Shown: positions 14,231 to 22,500 of the stretch, piece after piece
Position numbering within the stretch: the stretch's first letter is position 1
Layout of the letters: each line of letters opens with the position of its first letter
From: a virus
Reading direction: 5' to 3' (one strand)
Length of the DNA stretch: 64,000 nt
IMG/VR virus record: IMGVR_UViG_3300019487_000028
Coordinates: 2,834-66,833 of that record
Notes under the pieces: model-generated
What the model was told of the DNA's origin: nothing
The model's input: the letters and a program-made list of their open reading frames with translations, nothing else
Databases searched by the model: none
Program-made: the position numbers and the translations under genes

Positions 14231-14304
14231 GGAGAGTTTGCTTTGGGACAAGGCTGGGATTCGAATCCCTGGCTAGGCCGGTTCGAATCCGGCACTCTCC
14301 GCCA
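14231..14304 (+). tRNA. tRNA-Ser(CGA), no variable arm
   Basis: GGAGAGT/ACTCTCC; loop TTCGAAT; G73; CCA. Confidence 0.75.
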
Positions 14305-14329
14305 AACTAACGAGGGAGAGAATATAGCC

Positions 14330-14929
14330 ATGACGGAAGAGACTGGGTCCGCACTTAGCTTCAACGAGTTCTCGGGCTTTGAGGAGTTCCCGAAGATCGC
14401 GAGGCTGTCGAGGGAGATCGTCGTAACCGAGAAGATCGACGGGACGAACGCCCAGGTCGCAGTAGATCATGACGGGACCGTCCGGGCCGGGAGCAGGAAC
14501 CGCTGGATCTCCCCCGAGAACGACAACTTCGGCTTCGCCCGGTGGGTCAAGGAAAACGAAGCCTTGCTGCGCGAGACCCTCGGGGTGGGACGACACTACG
14601 GGGAGTGGTTCGGGGCTGGGATCCAGAGAGGCTACGGACTCAAAGAGAAGCGCTTCGCACTATTCAACGTGAGCCGCTGGGCCGACGTCAAGCCCCCGCT
14701 CTACAGCGTGCCGATCCTCTACAGGGGTCCCTTCAGCACGGACGCGATTGACGACGAACTGGCCTGCCTGGCTGAGCTCGGGTCTGAGGCGGCATCCGGG
14801 TTCAAGCCGGCCGAGGGGGTCGTGATCTACCACGTGGCCGGGAACGTCTACTTCAAGAAGACCCTCGTCGGGGACGATTCGCCCAAGTCGGCCCCAGACA
14901 GAGTCCTCCTGGGGGTGACCAAGGCATGA
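14330..14929 (+). CDS. ATP-dependent RNA ligase (Rnl2-like nucleotidyltransferase)
   Basis: Motif I TEKIDGTNA; GEWFG; FALFN; EGVV. Confidence 0.85.
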   Translation: MTEETGSALSFNEFSGFEEFPKIARLSREIVVTEKIDGTNAQVAVDHDGTVRAGSRNRWISPENDNFGFARWVKENEALLRETLGVGRHYGEWFGAGIQRGYGLKEKRFALFNVSRWADVKPPLYSVPILYRGPFSTDAIDDELACLAELGSEAASGFKPAEGVVIYHVAGNVYFKKTLVGDDSPKSAPDRVLLGVTKA

Positions 14930-15186
14930 AGGTCCGGGTCAAGTGCTCTTGCGGCTGGTCCGGAGTCCGCAAGGACAGCCCGTCAGAGTGCTGCTGTTAC
15001 GACGAGTGGGCCGTAGTCTGCACCGGGATGAGTCCTGGCCCCGGCTGCCCGCGCCCGTGGCTGTGCGCACCGTGCCCGAAGTGCGGCCTGAAGCCTTGGC
15101 GACAGAGGACAAGAGCCGAGAAGGCGGAAGATGCCAGAGTGGACGCCTTGCTCGCCCGCGAGCTGGCCACACAAGCCGGAAACTGA
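14926..15186 (+). CDS. Cys-rich zinc-finger hypothetical protein
   Basis: CSCG..CCC..CPKCG; ATGA overlap. Confidence 0.5.
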   Translation: MKVRVKCSCGWSGVRKDSPSECCCYDEWAVVCTGMSPGPGCPRPWLCAPCPKCGLKPWRQRTRAEKAEDARVDALLARELATQAGN

Positions 15187-15235
15187 CGGACGGGACCGAG
15201 AGCCTCTGGGCAGGGTTCGATGATAGAGTGGTGAC

Positions 15236-15748
15236 ATGGCAGAACGTCGGTGGAAAACTCTGGGCGGGGAGCCGGTCCAAGACATAGCACGGTGGGTCCG
15301 CGAGGCGTCCAGCGGTGGTCAGGTGGTCCACGTGGGTACCGACTCGCTACAGACCGGACGCTGGACCCAGTTCGTGACAGTCATAGTGATACATACTCCG
15401 GGCAAGGGGGGGCGCGTTTCTTACTCCAGGGAGGCCGTCACCAGGATCGTCTCGCTCCGAGAGAGGCTGCTGAAGGAAGTCTGGCGCTCGGTCGAGATAG
15501 CGCTGACCCTGGAGGCCGGGCCGAACCCGATGTCGATCCACATCGACGCGTCTCCTGAGGAAAAGAATCTTTCAAGCAAGTACCTCCAAGAGCTTGCGGG
15601 GATGGTCATGGGCAACGGTTTCAAGGCCGTAGTGAAACCAGACGCGTGGGCGGCCAGTCACTCCGCAGACTGGGTCGTCCGACACAAGGGGAAGATTCCG
15701 CGGGACGGTCCGCAAGCCGCTTTGAAGGCGGCGATGGGGGCGCGGTGA
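15236..15748 (+). CDS. RNase H-like YkuK-family protein
   Basis: VHVGTDS, RLLKEVWRS, IHID and KPDAWAASHSAD motifs. Confidence 0.85.
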   Translation: MAERRWKTLGGEPVQDIARWVREASSGGQVVHVGTDSLQTGRWTQFVTVIVIHTPGKGGRVSYSREAVTRIVSLRERLLKEVWRSVEIALTLEAGPNPMSIHIDASPEEKNLSSKYLQELAGMVMGNGFKAVVKPDAWAASHSADWVVRHKGKIPRDGPQAALKAAMGAR

Positions 15749-15781
15749 GCGCCAGGGGTTCGACTCCTCAATCTTCCTCCA
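15690..15781 (+). tRNA. tRNA-Ser(TGA), long variable arm, overlapping the YkuK 3' end
   Basis: GGAAGAT/ATCTTCC; GCCGC-TTTGAAG-GCGGC; CCA. Confidence 0.8.
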
Positions 15782-15785
15782 CCTC

Positions 15786-15874
15786 GGAGGCGAGGCGAAC
15801 GGAAAGCAGCGGCGTTGGAAGCGCCGTGAGGCCCGAAGAGGGCCGTGCGGGTTCGAGTCCCGCCGCCTCCGCCA
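15786..15874 (+). tRNA. tRNA-Ser(GGA), long variable arm
   Basis: CGGCG-TTGGAAG-CGCCG; G73; CCA. Confidence 0.9.
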
Positions 15875-16035
15875 CTCCTACAGAGGCACTTTGTGCTGAC
15901 TGCGGAGGAGTGCCGGTCGTCCGACTGGTGACCATGTCGGCGCTCTGGAGGTCTCCGGCGAAGATTTTGCCGCTCTGCGAAGATTGTGCGTTCGGCACGG
16001 GGGAGTTGATCGTCGTCTAGGATTTCGGAAAATGT

Positions 16036-16141
16036 GGCGCGGCGCGGCGCGGCGCGGCGAGGCGCGGCATGGCCCGGCAAGGCAAGGCAAGGGACGTACC
16101 GCTCGGGGAGTCGGCGCGAGCCGATGATAGACCGAGGGGTC
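16036..16141 (+). ncRNA. GGC-NN array 7 (11 units) plus stem-loop
   Basis: NN = GC GC GC GC GA GC AT CC AA AA AA; just upstream of tRNA-Cys. Confidence 0.8.
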
Positions 16142-16158
16142 GTGGTTGACGGCAGGTG

Positions 16159-16232
16159 GAGCCGGTGGCCGAATGGCGAGGCAAGCGACTGCAAATCGCT
16201 CTATGCGGGTTCGAGTCCCGCCTGGCTCTCCA
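16159..16232 (+). tRNA. tRNA-Cys(GCA)
   Basis: AGCGA-CTGCAAA-TCGCT; U73; CCA. Confidence 0.9.
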
Positions 16233-16260
16233 CTATGCCACCATGCCCAGAGAGGTTTCG

Positions 16261-16512
16261 ATGTCTCACAGGACTGTGTCGTGGTCTGACCTGACTTCTG
16301 ATCAACGATCCCACCCAGAACGTACCAGGAGGAGGGTGCTCCGCTGCTTCTGCGGGGTGGCGACTGTTGGCCGCTGCGACCTGTGCGGGAAGCCGAGGTG
16401 CAGGATGTGCTCCAGCCGAGTCCGGGCCAGAGGGAAGCGCGGACGCGCTCACGTCAGGTGCGCCGTTCAGATAGGCGGGGTTCGGTCTCTGCACCAGATT
16501 ATCGGGGCGTAG
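16261..16512 (+). CDS. B-box-like zinc-finger hypothetical protein
   Basis: GAGG RBS; CFC..CDLC..CRMC. Confidence 0.45.
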   Translation: MSHRTVSWSDLTSDQRSHPERTRRRVLRCFCGVATVGRCDLCGKPRCRMCSSRVRARGKRGRAHVRCAVQIGGVRSLHQIIGA

Positions 16513-16578
16513 CGTAACGGCAGCGCGCGGGGCTTTGACCCCCGGCCAGTCCAGGTTCGACTCCTGGCGCCCCGGCCA
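16503..16578 (+). tRNA. tRNA-Gln(TTG)
   Basis: CGGGG-CTTTGAC-CCCCG; CCA. Confidence 0.9.
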
Positions 16579-16636
16579 ACCCTACTTCTTGGACGGACTG
16601 GACAGACGTTTCCGTCCACTCGTGTTCGGGCCGGAG

Positions 16637-19564
16637 CTAAGCCTGGCCGGGCACGATTTGGCCACCTTTGGAGAGCCCCGAGCGTCTCAGGTTCGCTATC
16701 AGTTCGCGTATCGTCTTCTGCACGATCGGATCGTTCTTGAGAGCCTCGAAAGCGTTCATGAAGGCTGATTCTGTCGCCGAGAGTCCGCGGCGCTTCGGGA
16801 GGTTCACGTCGGTATGTTCGGTCATTGGCTCGGCGATGATCTGCTTCCCTCTCTGGGTGAACAGTGTGGCCGGTCCAAAACTCTCTTTCCCTGGGAGACT
16901 GGTCCCGAAGTCGTGCGTCGCCTTCTGGTGTGCGAGTTCGTGGAGTAGGGTGTCCGCAACATATTCAGGAGTCCCTTCCCTGATCGACTTCGGCGAGAAG
17001 ACGATCGTGTCGGAGCGCCTGTCGTAATGAGGGACTGTGGAGTCGTTTTTCCCTATTCGTACCCTCGTCGGCTTCGTCTCTCCGAAGACGAACTTAAGCC
17101 TCGGGCGGATCCGGTTGAGCGCGATGTTGAGCATGTTGCTGAAGCGGTCGGCCTCAGTGCGCTCCCATTCGCCAACGAAAGTTCCAAGCCTCCTGTAGGA
17201 GGGCGGCGCCAGGTTCTCGAACTGCTCGCGCAGCGACTTGTACCTGGTGGCCTGCTCCATGACTTCCAGCAGCGCCTTCCGCTCCCAGGGCAGTCTGTTG
17301 TAATGCTTGAGGCTCATGTTCCAGTGAGGCTCAGGCCAGCCCATGAAGTATCCTGACCGCACGTTATTCCCCGCGGGATCGTAGATTCGTATGGTCCCGT
17401 ACCTGCGGACTCCCATGGCCGTCTCTTGGCCCTTCTTCACTCCGCCCACGATCCGGACTGTATAGCCGACAGGATCCGTGAAGGATGCCAGCAGTTTCTT
17501 CGGAGGAGTTTGGCCGTACGAAGCTCCTGGTGCTTGGTACTCTCCACCCTGGCGCCACGGCACCTTGTACACGGCCTCGACTGGAGACTCGTTCCATTTT
17601 GGGCGCGGAACCGTCACGTCTTCAACCAACGGAGACTTGCGCGGAGCGGCGAACAGACCCTCCGCGGCGGAGGCGCTCAGGGCTTTCTCTGGAGGTATCA
17701 GTTCTTTCCCGGCCCCGACCACCTGAGCTCCTGGCTTGGCAGCCTGCTCAGGGGTGATCTTAGCTAGCGGACGGTTCTTCTTCGCAGCCTCGATGGACGC
17801 CCGGAGCTGCGCTTCGAGGTCAACCTGCTCGCCCCCCTCAGCGGGGGCTGGACCTTTTGGGCGGGGCCGTCTCCTGGAGAGGGACTTGAGGAGGGGCGGG
17901 CCAGGCTTGGCTCCGGCCTCGACCTCGGCGAACTTGGCCTCTATAGAAGGAGGCGCCGTCCCCTCTCTGGTGGACGGGTACTTTCTCTCCAGGGCTAGTA
18001 TCGCCGCGCCACGACTCTTGGCTCCCTCAACGGCGGCGGCCTCTTTAGGGGTCACCCCGTGGATCCTGTACAGGGACCCGTCCGGCCTCTCCACTTCCAT
18101 GACCCTCTGCTCTGGGTCGTAGCCGTAGCTCCTGAACCCCTTGGAGGAGATGCCACTCCTCTCGACTGGGGTCAGGCCGGGGCGCTCCGGCAGGACCAGC
18201 CTACCTTTGGGTGACCTCTCCGTCCTGAAGAGGTCCATGATGCTTGGCTTCGGGCTCTCGCCCCTGCGAGTCGCAGCCGCCGCCCTTCCGAACATCTCCT
18301 CCATCGCCTTCCCTGGGGCGGCTGGGACAGATGGGGCCGGTTCGGGGAGCGCTGCCTTAGCCAGCGGTGGGGATAGAGACGGATTTACAACGCGCGGTGC
18401 GTCTCCGGTGGCTGGCCCTACGATCCCGCCACGCTCCAGTCGATCTAGCAGATCAGTGGCTTTGGAGAAGCCGATGCTGAACCGGCGCTGAAGCATGCCG
18501 CTCGTAGCTTGGCCCTCCCGTCTAACGAAACGTGCGGCCTCGTCAAACAGATCACCTCCGCGTGAGGCTGCGCCCGAGCGGGAGGTAGTCTCTTGGACCG
18601 GTGGTGCTCCCTCCCTGGCCGGCTTCCCTGTCGGCCTCATCGTTGGGGCGGTGTCCGTCCTGCGCGGTCTGGCCTGCATACCAGTCAATCCCTGGCGTTC
18701 TGCCTGCAGCGCCCTGCCTGCCCACACCTCAGCTTCGGCCCTTGTCATCTCCCCGAGCGGGCTCCTGGGCCCGAACCGAGCCCTCCCCGCCATGAACTCC
18801 TGGATGAGCCACTCGCGGGTTCCCGGATCGGGTACAGTAGGTTCTGCTTTCTTCGGTGAGAACAATTTGTAGAGTCGAGCTAGATACCCGACCTTGCCTG
18901 GGACAGCCTCAGCGATGTCTGGCACGGAAGCGCGCCCGGACCCAAGCTTGCCTCCTGCAATGCCGCCGATCAGTCCTCCAGCGACCGCTCCGGGAGTCCC
19001 GGCGACCCTCCCTCCGACGTCTGAACCGACCATTCCTCCGAGGGTGGCCGTAGCGCCGATCTTGGTCCCCCGGGCGAGCATAGGAAATACTCCGGTCGCT
19101 CCGGACCCGAGCCCAAAGCCTGGCGACGTGGCGATGACGTTAGTCCCGATGCGTCCGGCCAACTGTCCGGCCTCTTCACCACTGGTCGGTTCGGCCGCTT
19201 CTTCGGCGAGCCTCATAGCTGCTCCCGGCAGGCCACTCGCCAGTTGTGGGAACAACGTCCTGGCTATGTCAGGTCCGGCCGCCAGCACTCCCTTCGTCAG
19301 GCCACGAGCTGTCGGAGACGACAGTCCAACAGACTCCAGTGCTGACGTCCCCCCGGACGCCAGCTCTTCTGCTGCCGGGATTATGCTCCGCGCGGGCTTG
19401 GACCGCTCCGACGCACGACCAGCGGCGACGTCCGCCTGCTTGGTCACAACGTCTTTCAAATAGACGGAAGAGAAGATCCTCTCCAGTTCTCTCTGGGTCG
19501 GCGGAGTCGGCCCTGTGATCTCGATCGCTCTCCCGTCTGGAGATGTCACCTCGTAGGTTGGCAT
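16637..19564 (-). CDS. Large polyvalent putative ejection protein with FtsK-gamma, KTSC and zincin HExxH domains
   Basis: DLFDEAARFVRREGQATSGMLQRRFSIGFSKATDLLDRLERGGIVGP (FtsK gamma); SSKGFRSYGYDPEQRVMEV..G..Y..GV..AKSRG (KTSC); TLLHELAH. Confidence 0.75.
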   Translation of the reverse strand: MPTYEVTSPDGRAIEITGPTPPTQRELERIFSSVYLKDVVTKQADVAAGRASERSKPARSIIPAAEELASGGTSALESVGLSSPTARGLTKGVLAAGPDIARTLFPQLASGLPGAAMRLAEEAAEPTSGEEAGQLAGRIGTNVIATSPGFGLGSGATGVFPMLARGTKIGATATLGGMVGSDVGGRVAGTPGAVAGGLIGGIAGGKLGSGRASVPDIAEAVPGKVGYLARLYKLFSPKKAEPTVPDPGTREWLIQEFMAGRARFGPRSPLGEMTRAEAEVWAGRALQAERQGLTGMQARPRRTDTAPTMRPTGKPAREGAPPVQETTSRSGAASRGGDLFDEAARFVRREGQATSGMLQRRFSIGFSKATDLLDRLERGGIVGPATGDAPRVVNPSLSPPLAKAALPEPAPSVPAAPGKAMEEMFGRAAAATRRGESPKPSIMDLFRTERSPKGRLVLPERPGLTPVERSGISSKGFRSYGYDPEQRVMEVERPDGSLYRIHGVTPKEAAAVEGAKSRGAAILALERKYPSTREGTAPPSIEAKFAEVEAGAKPGPPLLKSLSRRRPRPKGPAPAEGGEQVDLEAQLRASIEAAKKNRPLAKITPEQAAKPGAQVVGAGKELIPPEKALSASAAEGLFAAPRKSPLVEDVTVPRPKWNESPVEAVYKVPWRQGGEYQAPGASYGQTPPKKLLASFTDPVGYTVRIVGGVKKGQETAMGVRRYGTIRIYDPAGNNVRSGYFMGWPEPHWNMSLKHYNRLPWERKALLEVMEQATRYKSLREQFENLAPPSYRRLGTFVGEWERTEADRFSNMLNIALNRIRPRLKFVFGETKPTRVRIGKNDSTVPHYDRRSDTIVFSPKSIREGTPEYVADTLLHELAHQKATHDFGTSLPGKESFGPATLFTQRGKQIIAEPMTEHTDVNLPKRRGLSATESAFMNAFEALKNDPIVQKTIRELIANLRRSGLSKGGQIVPGQA

Positions 19565-21115
19565 CTAGGGCTTCACCCTGACCTTGAATTGTCCTACTTC
19601 GTACAGCTCCCCTCTCGGGGTGACCGCCCCCGATGCTTCTGGCACCCTGACTTTGAACCTGCCGACCTCGAACGCCTCTGATTCAGGAAGGAGGTGGCTC
19701 ACGTCGATCCCGAGGTCTCCGAGCTTCTTGAGCGTGGACTTCTTCAGCAGAGGTTCCTTCGGTGGTCCTCCCATTACCCTCTCGTACTGGTTCTGGATGG
19801 CCTCGACCCTTCCGGCTAGAAGGTTGACCGCCTGCTGGATGGCGGCCCTGATCTGCGCCGGGGAGTTCGACGCGTCGAACACGGCCCTCCACTGCCTGAT
19901 CTCCTGGTCGGTCGCACCCATGCCCTTGAACACGGCCGCCAGTTCGCCCTCGACTCCAGTCGCGGCGGTCTTGAACGAGGCCAGCCTTGGGTCACCTGTG
20001 GTCTGGGCCAGGCCGACGTTCTTGATCCTGTTCAGGATCGGGACCGGGAAGTTCTCTAGTTCGTCCGACGCCTTCTTCAGGTCCGCGAGGTGCTTTACGG
20101 ACGTCTCCAGAGAGATGATGTTTCCTCCGGCCGTCCCCCTTCGGCTGGACTTCAGCTCCTTGAGGAATCCGGCCCTGGCCTGGTACTGGCTCATGTCGAA
20201 GCTCGGGTCGAACTGCTTCGTCATGTCGATGATGTGCTGCCTCTCTCCGGACCTGATCGACGCCACCTTCGCCGGGTCCAGGGTGTAGTCGGCTATGCCC
20301 TTCACCAGGTTCCTCTCGCTGATCGGGATGAGCCTCAGGAAGTCTTCTCCTGTGGGGACGTCCTGTCCCTCCGGGACCTGTGCGATGATCTTGTCCCAGG
20401 CGGCGGTGGCCAACTCCGTCCCCTTCTGGGGCTCTGGCTTCGGACCGAACCTCCCCGGGTCTGACGCGATCTGCTCATCCGTCCTGAGGACGGTCTCTCC
20501 AGTCTGCTTGTCCAGCACCGGCTTGAACGTCCCGACGCTAGGAGGCTTCCTGTACTTCGCCTCGATCCTGGCCCTCTCTTCCGCTACCTGCCCCTCCTGG
20601 AACAGCCTCTCCGCGAACGCCCTCGCGGCCTCGCGCTCGGTCGACACCCTGGCGGTGAGGGCCTCTTCGACCGGGCTCGCTTCCCTGGGCTGTATCCCGA
20701 ACTCCTCTACTCCTGGGATCTGGACCTTCGGGAGCGCTGGCAGCCCCAGTTCGGACGGGGGGCCTACCGGGGCCGGGAACTGCCTCTCCTTCGTCGCGGC
20801 CTCGACAAGTTCTTGCGGGGCCCTGGACAGCTCCCTCTCTCCTGTCGCCAGCGCCCCCTGGGTGGCCATCTCCAGGGCGTCCATCTTGGCCCCCAGCTTC
20901 ATCCCCCTGAGGCGGTGCTGGAGCGTCTCCATCTCCAGCTTCTTCTTCGCCTGGTCGAACTCACGGTCCTGCTTCTCCCTCTCCCGGTCTTCTTTCTCCT
21001 GCCTCGCCAAGAACACCGAGCCGAAGGCGTGGCTCAGCGCCCCACCGAGGGAGTCCCTCGGGTCTCGCTGGGTCCCGTAGGCTGCGAACGGGATGATGGG
21101 AGGACGAGTCGCCAT
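19565..21115 (-). CDS. Putative internal virion / ejection protein
   Basis: Helical and coiled-coil; position at the end of the virion operon. Confidence 0.55.
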   Translation of the reverse strand: MATRPPIIPFAAYGTQRDPRDSLGGALSHAFGSVFLARQEKEDREREKQDREFDQAKKKLEMETLQHRLRGMKLGAKMDALEMATQGALATGERELSRAPQELVEAATKERQFPAPVGPPSELGLPALPKVQIPGVEEFGIQPREASPVEEALTARVSTEREAARAFAERLFQEGQVAEERARIEAKYRKPPSVGTFKPVLDKQTGETVLRTDEQIASDPGRFGPKPEPQKGTELATAAWDKIIAQVPEGQDVPTGEDFLRLIPISERNLVKGIADYTLDPAKVASIRSGERQHIIDMTKQFDPSFDMSQYQARAGFLKELKSSRRGTAGGNIISLETSVKHLADLKKASDELENFPVPILNRIKNVGLAQTTGDPRLASFKTAATGVEGELAAVFKGMGATDQEIRQWRAVFDASNSPAQIRAAIQQAVNLLAGRVEAIQNQYERVMGGPPKEPLLKKSTLKKLGDLGIDVSHLLPESEAFEVGRFKVRVPEASGAVTPRGELYEVGQFKVRVKP

Positions 21116-21118
21116 CCG

Positions 21119-22123
21119 CTATCCCGGGAAGACTCCTGCCCTCATGAGGTCCCCGAGGGGGGGCGTCGCGGCTCCAGGGACTCCACCTCCTATCCCTCCG
21201 CCTCCACCGAAGAGCGGGTAGAGTGAGGAGAAGATGTTGGCTCCGGCCCCTATACCAGAAGCCAGCGGGCTGGGACCTGCCGGAGGAGGCTGTACGATCG
21301 GGCGCGGCTGCGGAGCCAGCAGTCCCAGGACGCTCAGGATGGACCCGATGTCGGCCGGGCCGGTCGCCTCAGTGAGTCCGGAAGTCCTGGTCGTCCCCCG
21401 CTGCCTCTGGCCTAGCCCGAACGTCTGGGCGAGCCTCTCTGACAGACCGATGTCCTCGGTCTCCCGAGACCTGCGCATCTCCTCCAGTTCGACTGGGAGC
21501 CGGGCCAGGGCTCCAGCGCGCTCTCGGCCGGCTGCGCTCACCGGACCGAGCCCTCCGCCTAGCCTGGCCGCCCTGTTCCTCTCGGCAGCCTCCGGACCGG
21601 CGAAGGCGCGGTTGATGTCCTGGGCCCTGGTCTCGGCGAACCCCGCCGGAAGAGCTCCGCCTTCGGACAGTCGGCCCCTGAGCACCTGCTGTAGGTTCGA
21701 TATGTCCGGCTTGAACTGCTCCGCTATCTCCGGGGCGGTGAGCATGTCCGTCGTCGTGCCTCCGGAAGTCCTGGTCGTGGAAGTCCTAGGCCCGAACAGG
21801 AGTCCCCCCAGCGGCCCTCCGCCGACCGCTCCGCCTAGGGCCGACCCTCCCTGGCTTGCGGACCCGACCCCGAGAGCAGTGTCGATCCCACCTCCGTAAG
21901 CTCCAGGACCGAACTTGCCGGTCACCTGCTGCTGGAACGGGAGGCCGAACAGGCCAGATACCAAGTTCTGGAACTGCTGGAGGTCGGAGCGGTCAAGTCC
22001 GGACTGGCGCTGCTGCTGCTTGAACTGCTGCTGCTGCTGCTGCCTCGCGCGGTGCGCTCCGACGGCACTGGCGCCTGCTCCTGCCAGTCCGATTGCTGCG
22101 GGTATTGCTGCTCCTGCCGGCAT
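21119..22123 (-). CDS. Putative DNA pilot / ejection protein
   Basis: GA-rich N-terminus AAIPAAIGLAGAGASAVG, Gln run, Gly-rich segments. Confidence 0.55.
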   Translation of the reverse strand: MPAGAAIPAAIGLAGAGASAVGAHRARQQQQQQFKQQQRQSGLDRSDLQQFQNLVSGLFGLPFQQQVTGKFGPGAYGGGIDTALGVGSASQGGSALGGAVGGGPLGGLLFGPRTSTTRTSGGTTTDMLTAPEIAEQFKPDISNLQQVLRGRLSEGGALPAGFAETRAQDINRAFAGPEAAERNRAARLGGGLGPVSAAGRERAGALARLPVELEEMRRSRETEDIGLSERLAQTFGLGQRQRGTTRTSGLTEATGPADIGSILSVLGLLAPQPRPIVQPPPAGPSPLASGIGAGANIFSSLYPLFGGGGGIGGGVPGAATPPLGDLMRAGVFPG

Positions 22124-22125
22124 CT

Positions 22126-22500
22126 CTATTTCCTCCCCGGGGTGACCATGAAGACTCGACCAGGCAGCTCCTCGGCCCCGAGCCAGTCCGCCACCCTCCT
22201 GGTTTCTACCTTAGAGTCCAAGATGACGGCTACCGCTGCCTTCAGCCCCATCGCGGACATCGCGTCGGACACCAAGTTCCAGAGCCTCCGTATGATGGTC
22301 GGCGACTTCCTGTGCTCCGCACTTATCCACAACGGCTCGAGGTGCACCACAGGTATCATAGCCCATATGGCGGCCACTCCTCCAGCCTCGTCTACCGCCG
22401 CGAACACCAGCCCTGTGTCCGGCATCTTCATCCCGTCGAGAGCTTCGCTCGGGATCTTCTCGTACTCGTCGCGCCCCAGGGCGCGGTACTCCATGCTCAC
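22126..22500 (-). CDS. GNAT-like virion assembly protein
   Basis: HLEPLWISAEHRK; same position as the acetyltransferase-like genes of podoviruses, upstream of ejection genes. Confidence 0.5.
   Translation of the reverse strand: MSMEYRALGRDEYEKIPSEALDGMKMPDTGLVFAAVDEAGGVAAIWAMIPVVHLEPLWISAEHRKSPTIIRRLWNLVSDAMSAMGLKAAVAVILDSKVETRRVADWLGAEELPGRVFMVTPGRK

Noticed and set aside
4564-16141. Classical CRISPR array interpretation
   Set aside because: No 25-45-bp repeats with unique spacers and no cas1/cas2; the constant unit is only 3 nt.
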